Positions 8,666 through 16,743 are shown, counted from the first letter of the stretch. The stretch: DNA of 16,816 bases from an uncultured Gemmatimonadales bacterium (GCA_963823035.1 CAWGKG010000001.1:1-16816); one strand, 5' to 3'. The notes: a model not told the origin generated them from the sequence alone. A program made the numbers and translations.

Positions 8666-10358
8666 CCTCCCGCCGTTCGCCGTCTTCTTCATCGGCGCGC
8701 TCCTCGTCGCGGTCACGCGGGGCACGGTGCGCAAGGCCGTGCTCCTGCTCACGCCCGTGGTGGGCGCGCTCCTGCTCCTCCGTCTCGAGCCCGGCACGAC
8801 GGTGGAGATGGGGCTGCTCGGCTACACGCTGACCCCGCTGCGGGTCGACAAGCTCAGCCTCCTCTTCGGGTGGCTGTTCCACCTGGCGGCGTTCATCGGC
8901 AACCTGTACGCCCTGCACCTGGCGAAGGACGAGCACCCCGGCGTCCAGCACACGTCGGCCATGCTGTACGCGGGCAGCGCGCTCGGCGCGGTCTTCGCGG
9001 GCGACATGATCACGCTCTTCGTGTTCTGGGAGCTCCTCGCGCTCACCTCCGTGTTCCTGATCTGGGCGTCGGACACCGAGCGCTCCCTGAAGGCGGGCGT
9101 GCGCTACCTGGTCGTGAACGTGGTGTCCGGCGTGATCCTCCTGTCCGGCGCGCTCATGCGCGCCTGGGAGACCGGCTCGATCGCCTTCGACCACATCGGG
9201 CTCGACGGATCGATCGGGACGTGGCTCATCCTGATCGCCTTCGGCATCAAGGCCGGCTTCCCGCTCCTCCACAACTGGCTGGTGGACGCCTACCCGGAAG
9301 GCACCCCGTCCGGCACGGTCTTCCTGAGCGCCTTCACCACCAAGGTGGCGGTGTACGCGCTCGCGCGAGGGTTCGCGGGAACCGAGCTGCTGATCTACGT
9401 CGGCGTCGTGATGACGTGCTTCCCGATCTTCTACGCCGTGATCGAGAACGACCTGAGGCGCGTGCTGAGCTACAGCATGATCAACCAGATCGGCTTCATG
9501 GTCACCGGCATCGGTCTCGGCACGGCCCTCGCGCTCAACGGCGCAGTCGCGCACGCCTTCGCGGACGTGATCTTCAAGGGCCTCCTGTTCATGAGCATGG
9601 GCGCCGTGCTGTACATGACGGGGAGGTCCAAGGGGTCCGACCTGGGCGGGCTGTACAAGAGCATGCCGTTCACGGCCACGTTGTGCATCATCGGCGCGGC
9701 ATCGATCTCGGCTTTCCCGCTCTTCAGCGCCTTCGTGACGAAGTCGATGATCATGACCGCGGCCCTCGAGGAAGGGCACGTCTGGATCTGGCTCCCGCTC
9801 CTCTTCGCCTCCGCGGGCGTGCTCGAGCACGCCGGCATCAAGATCCCGTACTTCGCCTTCTTCGCGCACGATTCGGGGATCCGCACGCAGGAGCCGCCGC
9901 GCAACATGCTCGTCGCGATGTCGATCTCGGCGGCGTTGTGCATCGGCATCGGCGTCTATCCACAGGCACTCTATTCGCTTCTCCCGTACGCGGCCGAGTA
10001 CTGGCCCTACGACGTGACGCACGTCCTCACGCAGACGCAGATCCTCGTCTTCGGCATCCTGGCCGTGGTCGTCCTGATCCGGTCGGGCATCTACCCGCCC
10101 GAGCTGCGGGCCATCAACCTCGACGCCGACTGGAGCTACCGCTGGCTCGGCGTCCGCCTGGTCCGCTTCGTGGGCTCGACGGTGGGCGCCGTGGACCGCG
10201 GCGTGCGGGGCGCCGTGATGGGGGTGGTGCGGGGCGGCCTCGGTATGGCCGCGCGCGGCCACGGTCCCCAGGGCTTCGTGTCGCGAACCTGGCCGACCGG
10301 AAGCATGCTCCTCTGGGTGGCCGTCCTGCTCGGGGTCTCCCTCATCCTCTACCTTTGA
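8655..10358 (+). CDS. mrpD: Third antiporter-like subunit (Na+/H+ antiporter subunit D family, long form)
   Basis: 567 aa, intact. FVFWELLAL, IKAGFPLLHNWLVDAYPE, FTTKVAVY, LSYSMINQIGFM and FKGLLFM; C-terminal extension ending in one more hydrophobic helix. Confidence 0.9.
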   Translation: MIGSLPPFAVFFIGALLVAVTRGTVRKAVLLLTPVVGALLLLRLEPGTTVEMGLLGYTLTPLRVDKLSLLFGWLFHLAAFIGNLYALHLAKDEHPGVQHTSAMLYAGSALGAVFAGDMITLFVFWELLALTSVFLIWASDTERSLKAGVRYLVVNVVSGVILLSGALMRAWETGSIAFDHIGLDGSIGTWLILIAFGIKAGFPLLHNWLVDAYPEGTPSGTVFLSAFTTKVAVYALARGFAGTELLIYVGVVMTCFPIFYAVIENDLRRVLSYSMINQIGFMVTGIGLGTALALNGAVAHAFADVIFKGLLFMSMGAVLYMTGRSKGSDLGGLYKSMPFTATLCIIGAASISAFPLFSAFVTKSMIMTAALEEGHVWIWLPLLFASAGVLEHAGIKIPYFAFFAHDSGIRTQEPPRNMLVAMSISAALCIGIGVYPQALYSLLPYAAEYWPYDVTHVLTQTQILVFGILAVVVLIRSGIYPPELRAINLDADWSYRWLGVRLVRFVGSTVGAVDRGVRGAVMGVVRGGLGMAARGHGPQGFVSRTWPTGSMLLWVAVLLGVSLILYL

Positions 10359-10383
10359 CGGGGCCCATCCCCGCCCGAACGAC

Positions 10384-11241
10384 GTGATGCTGACCCTGGG
10401 CACGACGCCCGATCTGACCCCCGAGGCCCGACGAGTCGGAGGCGTCCTGCACGCGCATGGCGTGGCCGTGGCGCTCTCCGACCCGGGTGCCGGCGCGGAC
10501 GGGACCGAGGTCCTCCGCCACCTCCGGGCGGGCGACGCCCGAGCCGCGCTGGTCCGCGCCGAGACGATGCTCGAGATCCCGGACGACCTCCGCCTCGTGG
10601 CCGTGCTCGCCCGGGACGAGCCCCGCGACGTGGTCGTCCCGTGCGCCGACGACGCGCTCACCCTGGGCACCCTCCCCGCGGGTGCGCGGGTCGGCGTGGC
10701 GGACGGCCGGCGATGCAGCTTCCTGCGGTCCTACCGGCCCGACCTGCACGCCGTGCGCCCGTGGAACGGCGAGGGGCCGGTCGGAGCGCTCCGGTCCGGG
10801 AGCGTGGACGCGATCATCCTGGGCAACGCGGAGGCGCGGCGGCTCGCGCTGCGCAAGCGCGCGTCCGAGATCCTCGATCCCAAGGCGTGGATACCCGGCC
10901 CCGGACAGGGCACCGTCCTCCTGGTGGCGCGCGCCGACGACGCAGGGGCCGACGGTGTGTTCGCGCCCGCGGGCGACGCCGTCGCCCGCGCCGCCTACCT
11001 GGCCGAGTCCGCCGTGCTGAGGGCGCAGGGCGTCGGGGCGGACGCGCCGATCGGCGTGATGGCGCTGCCGCACGGGCCGTGGATCCGCGTCTGGGGCATG
11101 GTGGCATCCCACGACGGGAGCCGCGTCGTGCGCGGCGACGTGACCGGCAAGGCGGACGATCCCGAGGCGGCGGGTCGCTCGCTCGCCGAGCTGCTTTTCG
11201 CACGGGGGGTGGCGTCCGTTCTGCGGGAGGGCGCGTCGTGA
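10384..11241 (+). CDS. Hydroxymethylbilane synthase (HemC)-like protein lacking catalytic and cofactor residues
   Basis: HemC scaffold motifs [47 protein letters not shown] and LAELLFARG in the correct order. The HS(L/M)KD, RGN and GGC motifs are substituted. Start is GTG 10384 or ATG 10387. Confidence 0.8.
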   Translation: MMLTLGTTPDLTPEARRVGGVLHAHGVAVALSDPGAGADGTEVLRHLRAGDARAALVRAETMLEIPDDLRLVAVLARDEPRDVVVPCADDALTLGTLPAGARVGVADGRRCSFLRSYRPDLHAVRPWNGEGPVGALRSGSVDAIILGNAEARRLALRKRASEILDPKAWIPGPGQGTVLLVARADDAGADGVFAPAGDAVARAAYLAESAVLRAQGVGADAPIGVMALPHGPWIRVWGMVASHDGSRVVRGDVTGKADDPEAAGRSLAELLFARGVASVLREGAS

Positions 11242-11726
11242 GCGCCACGCCTCCCGAGGACAAGATCCTCCGGCGCGAGTCGCTGCTCGAGCGCTACGGC
11301 CGGCCCAGGGATCAGAGGATCGTCTTCACGAACGGGTGCTTCGACGTGATCCACCGCGGGCACGTGGCCTACCTCCAGGCGGCCCGAGACCTCGGACACA
11401 TGCTCATCGTCGGCGTGAACACCGACGCCTCGATGCGCCGCCTGCACAAGGGTCCCGGCCGCCCCCTCGTGGCGGAGGAAGATCGCGCGTACGTGCTCGC
11501 CGCGCTCGAGTGCGTGGACGTGGTGACGCTCTTCGACGAGGACACGCCCCGCGAGCTCGTCTCGGCGCTCCTCCCCGACGTGCTGGTGAAGGGCGGAGAC
11601 TACGACATCGCGGCCGTGGTCGGACGCGAGCAGGTGGAGGCCGCAGGCGGGAAGGTCGTGCTCATTCCCTACCTGGAGGGGTATTCGACCTCGGAGCTGA
11701 TCCGACGGATGCAGAGGAGCGGATGA
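11238..11726 (+). CDS. rfaE2: D-glycero-beta-D-manno-heptose 1-phosphate adenylyltransferase (stand-alone RfaE domain II)
   Basis: [37 protein letters not shown] and STSELI; GTGA overlap with the upstream gene. Confidence 0.92.
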   Translation: MSATPPEDKILRRESLLERYGRPRDQRIVFTNGCFDVIHRGHVAYLQAARDLGHMLIVGVNTDASMRRLHKGPGRPLVAEEDRAYVLAALECVDVVTLFDEDTPRELVSALLPDVLVKGGDYDIAAVVGREQVEAAGGKVVLIPYLEGYSTSELIRRMQRSG

Positions 11727-12445
11727 TGAGCGCGACACGAACCGAGCGAGCGGCCGACGAGCTGCGGCCCATCGCGATGGAGACCGGGGTGGCGCCCTAC
11801 GCCGAGGGGTCCTGTCTCATCACCTGCGGCAACACGCGCGTCCTGTGCACGGCGTCGGTCACCGAAGGCGTGCCCACCTGGCGCCAGGCGAGCGGCGCCG
11901 GGTGGGTGACCGCGGAGTACGCGATGCTCCCGCGCGCCACCCACACGCGCACCCGGCGTGAGCGCGCGGGCGTGGGAGGGAGGACGCAGGAGATCCAGCG
12001 GCTCATCGGCCGGTCCCTGCGCTCGGTCACCGACATGGCTTCGATGGGGCCACGCACGGTGACCGTCGATTGTGACGTGCTCCAGGCGGACGGCGGCACG
12101 CGTACCGCGTCCATCACGGGCGCGTGCGTCGCGCTCGCGGAGGCCGGGAGGTGGATGCTGTCCGAGGGGCTCGTCGAGCGGACGCCGATGCGGGAGCGGG
12201 TGGCTGCGGTGAGCGTGGGCATCGTGGACGGTGAGCCCCGGCTCGACCTCGACTACCGCGAGGATTCGTCCGCCCAGGTCGACATGAACGTGGTCGCGAC
12301 GGAGCGGGGCGGGCTCGTGGAGGTGCAGGGCACCGCCGAAGGCGATCCGTTCCCCCGACGGGACCTCGATCGCCTGCTCGACCTCGCGCTGTCCGGCATC
12401 GAGCGGCTCCTCGCCGCGCAGGCGCGGGCCCTCGCCGGCCGGTGA
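11723..12445 (+). CDS. rph: Ribonuclease PH
   Basis: [55 protein letters not shown] and [12 protein letters not shown] overlap with rfaE2. Confidence 0.96.
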   Translation: MMSATRTERAADELRPIAMETGVAPYAEGSCLITCGNTRVLCTASVTEGVPTWRQASGAGWVTAEYAMLPRATHTRTRRERAGVGGRTQEIQRLIGRSLRSVTDMASMGPRTVTVDCDVLQADGGTRTASITGACVALAEAGRWMLSEGLVERTPMRERVAAVSVGIVDGEPRLDLDYREDSSAQVDMNVVATERGGLVEVQGTAEGDPFPRRDLDRLLDLALSGIERLLAAQARALAGR

Positions 12446-13065
12446 TGGACCTCGTCGTAGCCACGCGCAGCGCGGACAAGATGCGTGAGATCCGGCGCAT
12501 CCTGGCCGTCGTGCCGGGTGTGCGCGTGCTCGACCTGGACGAGGCGGGCGTGGCCCGGGAGAGCGCGGAGGACGACCTGGAGCCGTACGACACCTTCGAG
12601 GAGAACGCACGCTCGAAGGCCGAGTACTTCCACGCGAAGACCGGCCTTCCGACGGTGGCGGACGACTCGGGGCTCGAGGTCGATGCGCTGGGCGGCGCCC
12701 CCGGTGTCCGCTCGAAGCGCTTCGCGCCGGGGGAGGGGACCCGGGGGAAGGCGCGCGACGAGGCCAACAACCGCCATCTCCTCGCCCTCCTCGACGGTCT
12801 CCCGCCCGAAGAGCGGGGCGCGCGCTACGTGTGCGTGGCGGTGCTGGTCGGGGTCGAGGGCGACCCGGTGGTGTGCCGCGGGGAGGCGGGAGGGCGCATC
12901 CTCGAGGCGCCCCGTGGCGACGGCGGCTTCGGCTACGATCCGCTCTTCTTCGACCCCGTGCTCGGTCGCGGCTTCGCGGAGATCACCCGCGAGGCGAAGA
13001 ATGCCCGCAGCCACCGGGGCGCCGCGTTCCGTGCCCTGGCGGGGCGCCTGGCCACCCGCGGCTGA
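12442..13065 (+). CDS. rdgB: Non-canonical purine NTP (dITP/XTP) pyrophosphatase, Ham1/RdgB family
   Basis: [35 protein letters not shown] and KNARSHRG; standard position directly after rph. Confidence 0.95.
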   Translation: MMDLVVATRSADKMREIRRILAVVPGVRVLDLDEAGVARESAEDDLEPYDTFEENARSKAEYFHAKTGLPTVADDSGLEVDALGGAPGVRSKRFAPGEGTRGKARDEANNRHLLALLDGLPPEERGARYVCVAVLVGVEGDPVVCRGEAGGRILEAPRGDGGFGYDPLFFDPVLGRGFAEITREAKNARSHRGAAFRALAGRLATRG

Positions 13066-13068
13066 CCC

Positions 13069-13386
13069 GTGGACGACCGGTACCGCCCCGAGGAGATCGC
13101 GCCCACCGCGGACGGCGCGCGCCTCCGCATCCTGTGGGCGGACGGTGTGGCCTCCGAGTACGAGCCGCGCCTTCTGCGCCAGCGCTGCCCCTGCGCGGGC
13201 TGCGTGGACGAGATGACGGGGATCCGCACGCTGAGCCCCGAGGCCGTGCCGCCCGGGATCTACCCGGAGGCGATCCACTACGTGGGGCGCTACGCGCTGC
13301 AGTTCGTGTGGAGCGACGGCCATGCCACCGGCATCTACACGTTCGAGTACCTGCGCCGGCTCGCGGAGGAGGAATCGGGCGCCTGA
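13069..13386 (+). CDS. DUF971 / gamma-butyrobetaine hydroxylase-like N-terminal domain protein
   Basis: LRILWADG, LRQRCPCAGC and VGRYALQFVWSDGHATGIYTFEYL. Confidence 0.88.
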   Translation: MDDRYRPEEIAPTADGARLRILWADGVASEYEPRLLRQRCPCAGCVDEMTGIRTLSPEAVPPGIYPEAIHYVGRYALQFVWSDGHATGIYTFEYLRRLAEEESGA

Positions 13387-13498
13387 GGGGAGGGCGCCGG
13401 AGCACGTGAGGCTGGCGGGACCCGAACCGCGCCGCTATGAGTAGAATCGGTGTCTCCGGGGACACCGGGTGGGCGACGTCAACGAGGGGAGGTGGGGT

Positions 13499-14746
13499 AT
13501 GGGCAGATGGGAGCGGAGAGAGGATGCGAAGAACCTCACGCTGATCGGGGTAGCCGCGATGGTCGCGGTGTTGGCCACGGGCGGGGTCCTGGTGACGCGC
13601 AGCGTTGCGTACCACGACTACGTCCCCCCTCCGCGGCCGTTGCGGGCCGAGCTCGCGACGTACCGTTTCGAGGCGACGGCTCCCCTGAGCGGGAGCGACC
13701 GGTTGTACGGGCGGGCCCGGACGGTGGACGGCAGGGAGCTCGAGGGCTTCATCCGCTGGGACCGCAACGAGGGAAGCTGGACCGACGTCCTGGACGCCGA
13801 CAAGGTGGCCGGAGGACGGGAGACCCAGTCGGGGATCCGCTTCGGTCAGATCCAGCGGATCCAGGTGCAGGGGTCGAGCCGCGCCCTGCTCACCCTTCGC
13901 TCGGGTGAGCGGGTGGAGATGGCGGCGCGGGCCACGGACCTGGGTGAAGGGCTGCGCGCCTTCCTCATCGGCGACCCCGGCCAGGGCCAGGCGGAGCTCG
14001 CGTGGGACGACCTCGACGTCGTCGAGTTCCTGCCCGTTCCCGACGGCTACCGGCCGGCGGAGGCCCGTCTCTACGGCACCCTCACGACGCGCTCGGGGGA
14101 GAGCTTCACCGGCCGCATCGCCTGGGACGTGGACGAGATCTACACCACCGACATCCTGGACGGCGACCGTGACGGACGCCGACTCAAGATCCCGTTCGGC
14201 GCCATCGAGCGCATCGAGCGGAGCGGGTCCGGCGCGGCGCACGTCGTGCTGACCTCCGGTGAGGCGATGACGCTCTCCGGCACGAACGACGTCAACGACG
14301 ACAACGGCGGCATCTCCGTCTCCGACCCGTCGCTCGGGCAGGTGAAGGTGGGCTGGAGGGACTTCGTCGACGTGACGTTCAGCCAGGCGCCGCCGGATGC
14401 GGATCGGGTGCGCTTCGACGGCGGCGCGTCCATCGCCGGGACCGTGACGACGGAGGGCGGCGAGAGCCTCACCGGCACCGTCCGGTGGGACAACGACGAG
14501 GCGTCCACCTGGGAGATGCTCAACGGGGAGTTCCGGGGCATCGACTTCGAGATCGAGTTCGCGCAGATCGCGCGGATCGAGAAGAGCGGTCGCGGCGCCC
14601 TCGTGACGCTGCGGGACGGCCGCACCTTCGAGCTGTCCGACTCCAACGACGTGAACGACGGGAATCGCGGCATCGTGGTGGACACCGGCAACGGCGTCCA
14701 CAAGGTGCGCTGGGAGGACTTCAGGGAGCTGCGTCTCGATCGCTGA
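13499..14746 (+). CDS. Hypothetical N-terminally anchored protein with three ~121-aa beta-rich repeats
   Basis: GGAGG RBS at 13488-13492 before ATG 13499; one hydrophobic segment (LTLIGVAAMVAVLATGGVLV); repeat units start at about 13703, 14069 and 14432. Confidence 0.78.
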   Translation: MGRWERREDAKNLTLIGVAAMVAVLATGGVLVTRSVAYHDYVPPPRPLRAELATYRFEATAPLSGSDRLYGRARTVDGRELEGFIRWDRNEGSWTDVLDADKVAGGRETQSGIRFGQIQRIQVQGSSRALLTLRSGERVEMAARATDLGEGLRAFLIGDPGQGQAELAWDDLDVVEFLPVPDGYRPAEARLYGTLTTRSGESFTGRIAWDVDEIYTTDILDGDRDGRRLKIPFGAIERIERSGSGAAHVVLTSGEAMTLSGTNDVNDDNGGISVSDPSLGQVKVGWRDFVDVTFSQAPPDADRVRFDGGASIAGTVTTEGGESLTGTVRWDNDEASTWEMLNGEFRGIDFEIEFAQIARIEKSGRGALVTLRDGRTFELSDSNDVNDGNRGIVVDTGNGVHKVRWEDFRELRLDR

Positions 14747-14751
14747 CCCGC

Positions 14752-14821
14752 ACGCGACCTCCTACGAGCGCGGGACCGCCCCGCCGGCCTGGCACGGTCG
14801 GCGGGGCGTCGCGTAGAGGAG
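14752..14821 (+). promoter_or_regulatory. Structured intergenic region / leader with anti-SD sequence
   Basis: 13-bp hairpin 14777-14808; CTCCTACG (14759-14766) is complementary to CGTAGAGGAG (14812-14821), which contains the SD; alternative pairing ACGCGAC (14752-14758) / GTCGCGT (14808-14814). Confidence 0.35.
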
Positions 14822-14826
14822 AAGCC

Positions 14827-15918
14827 ATGGACAGAAGGAACTTCCTGCGCGGCGCGGCCGCCGCGACACTGACCGCCCGCGCGATGCCGTTGGGCGCTTC
14901 GGCTGCGCGCGGGCAGCGCGTCCGGGGCCGGGATCCCGGCGCCCTCATCATGGACGCCATGGGGGAGCTGCGGCCCGACTACGACGAGGCGCTCATCGGC
15001 GAGATGCTGGCCAGCGGCATGGACGCCATCACCGTGACGCTGTGCGACCCCAAGCCCACGGGCGCGGAGGGGCTGGAGCTGGCGCTGGACGGGTTGCTGG
15101 AATACGACCGCCTCGTCGCCTCCCATCCGGCGCTCCTCAGGAAGGCCCACGCCGCCGCCGACGTGGAGGAGGCGCGTGCCTCGGGACGGATGGCCGTGTT
15201 CTATCTCTTCCAGAACTCCGACCAGTTCGGCGACGACCTGGACCGCGTCGGGATGTTCCATCGCCTGGGCGTACGCTCCTCCCAGGTCACCTACAACGAG
15301 CGCAACCGTGCCGGCGTGGGGTGTCGCGCGGGGAACGACGACGGCGGCCTCACCGACTTCGGCCGCGAGCTCGTGGAGCGCATGAACGACGTCCGGATGT
15401 TGGTCGACCTCTCCCACGCCAACATGCGCACCATGGCCGACACGATCGCGCACTCCCGCGCTCCGGTGATCGTCTCCCACACCGGATGCGACGCCGTGTA
15501 TCCCCACGAACGCAATACGACGGACGAGAACCTGCGCGCCCTCGCGGCCAAGGGGGGCGTGGTGGGCATGTGCCAGCTGCGGCCGTTCCTCACGGACAAG
15601 AAGAAGGACAACCTCCCCGCCTATTTCGATCACATCGACCACGCCGTGCGGGTGTGCGGCGTGGAGCACGTGTGCATCGGATCGGACCGGGACCACCGTG
15701 TCATTGTCATGACCCCGGAGTACGAGGCGGAGCTCCGTCGGGAGGAGGGGAGCCAGGTGGTGGCGTCGGAGCTGCCCTACTTCATCGACGCGCTGAACGG
15801 ACCGCGGCGCATGGAGGTGGTATGGGACGGCCTCGTGCGCCGCGGCTATTCCGAGGACGACGTGGAGCGGATCATGGGGCTGAACCTGCTCCGGCTGTAC
15901 CGGGAGGTGTTGGGGTAG
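14827..15918 (+). CDS. Tat-exported membrane dipeptidase family (peptidase M19, amidohydrolase fold) protein
   Basis: AGGAG RBS; twin-arginine signal MDRRNFL; QVTYNERN, GLTDFGRELVERMN, VDLSH, VSHTG, RNTTDE, GGVVG, HVCIGSD and IMGLNLLR. Confidence 0.88.
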   Translation: MDRRNFLRGAAAATLTARAMPLGASAARGQRVRGRDPGALIMDAMGELRPDYDEALIGEMLASGMDAITVTLCDPKPTGAEGLELALDGLLEYDRLVASHPALLRKAHAAADVEEARASGRMAVFYLFQNSDQFGDDLDRVGMFHRLGVRSSQVTYNERNRAGVGCRAGNDDGGLTDFGRELVERMNDVRMLVDLSHANMRTMADTIAHSRAPVIVSHTGCDAVYPHERNTTDENLRALAAKGGVVGMCQLRPFLTDKKKDNLPAYFDHIDHAVRVCGVEHVCIGSDRDHRVIVMTPEYEAELRREEGSQVVASELPYFIDALNGPRRMEVVWDGLVRRGYSEDDVERIMGLNLLRLYREVLG

Positions 15919-15958
15919 GGGGCCCGGGACCGGCGGGGCGGCCCCATTTGGGCCCAGC

Positions 15959-16267
15959 CTAGGGCGCGATCCGGCGGTCGTCGTCCTCGGCCGGCCGGTA
16001 GTCCCGTTCGCCGGTATCGGGATTGTAGTAGACGTCGGTGAGCCGGTACGTGGTGGGATCGAGGAACCGCTCCCCCGTGCGCTGCCAGCGCCCCTCCGGG
16101 CTGGTCAGGGAGCGGACGTAGCGCCAGCGCTCGAAGGCGACGCCGGCTGTGAGGGCGCCGGAGCCGATCAGCATCTGAAGCCCGGGTGCGAACTGGCCTG
16201 CCACGAGGAGCCCAATGGCCACCACCAGGCCCACGACGCCGCCCGCGAGCAGCAGGTTGCGAAGCAT
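15959..16267 (-). CDS. Small hypothetical membrane protein
   Basis: ATG at 16267, separated by 1 nt from the ybjQ stop; two hydrophobic segments followed by FERWRY...TGERFLDPTT...YYNPDTGERDY. Confidence 0.72.
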   Translation of the reverse strand: MLRNLLLAGGVVGLVVAIGLLVAGQFAPGLQMLIGSGALTAGVAFERWRYVRSLTSPEGRWQRTGERFLDPTTYRLTDVYYNPDTGERDYRPAEDDDRRIAP

Positions 16268-16268
16268 C

Positions 16269-16592
16269 TCAGCCCGCCCGCTCCACGACGACTGCCGTTC
16301 CGTACGCCACGATCTCACTCATCGTCTGCCCGATCTCAGACGAGTCGAAGCGCATCATGATGATGGCGTTGGCGCCCATCGCAGAGGCGTTCGCCACCAT
16401 CCTGTCCACGGCATGGCGGCGCGCCTCCTCGAGGAGCTCCGTGTACTCCTTGATCTCGCCACCCACCAGCGACCGCAGCCCCGCCATGATGTTGCCGCCG
16501 AGGCCGCGGCTGCGCACCACGAGGCCGAAGACCTGACCCTTGGTGTCCGTGATCCTGTGGCCGGTAACGTGCTCCGATGTCACGACGAACAT
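16269..16592 (-). CDS. ybjQ: YbjQ / UPF0145 family protein (putative heavy-metal-binding)
   Basis: 107 aa; AGLRSLVGGEIKEYTELLEEARRHAVDRM, GANAIIMMRFD and AYGTAV; GGGAGGAG RBS upstream on the - strand. Confidence 0.92.
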   Translation of the reverse strand: MFVVTSEHVTGHRITDTKGQVFGLVVRSRGLGGNIMAGLRSLVGGEIKEYTELLEEARRHAVDRMVANASAMGANAIIMMRFDSSEIGQTMSEIVAYGTAVVVERAG

Positions 16593-16710
16593 GCTGTGTC
16601 TCCTCCCAATCGTCGGCCCGTCCTCGAGCGAGGATCGTCTCGGGACGAATCACGCTAGCCTGCAGACTGGTGGGCGGCAAACGGCCGGGACTTCCGGAGG
16701 CCGGGACGGC

Positions 16711-16743
16711 ATCCTACCAGCGGGCAGACCCCGAGACTATGTT
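16711..16743. promoter_or_regulatory. Candidate divergent promoters for ybjQ and tRNA-Pro
   Basis: Extended -10 TG-G-TAGGAT on the - strand (16711-16719) and -10-like TATGTT on the + strand (16738-16743); no convincing -35 for either. Confidence 0.3.

Noticed and set aside
10384..11241. Annotating this ORF as functional hemC
   Set aside because: Catalytic Asp and cofactor-attachment Cys equivalents are absent and no hem genes are adjacent.
13063..13071. Selenocysteine readthrough fusing rdgB to DUF971 (TGA-CCC-GTG in frame)
   Set aside because: RdgB is complete at this stop, the position is not a Cys-equivalent site, no convincing SECIS hairpin follows, and in-frame adjacency happens one time in three by chance.
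13442..13467. TAGAAT -10-like hexamer and hairpin CGGTGTC/GACACCG (13448-13467)
   Set aside because: Could be a promoter, operator or weak terminator, but there is no -35 match or U-tract to decide; too ambiguous to call.
14790..14805. Sigma-54 promoter suggested by TGGCACG
   Set aside because: The required -12 TTGC element is absent (the sequence continues GTCGGCGG).
8109..15696. Long antisense and alternate-frame ORFs (e.g. 8109..10670 -, 12983..14701 -, 14140..15696 -)
   Set aside because: Shadow ORFs of high-GC coding sequence opposite well-supported genes, with no recognisable motifs.
15919..15958. Bidirectional terminator between the convergent dipeptidase and small membrane genes
   Set aside because: Only short GC-rich complementary blocks (GGGCCC) and no U-tract in a suitable position on either strand.
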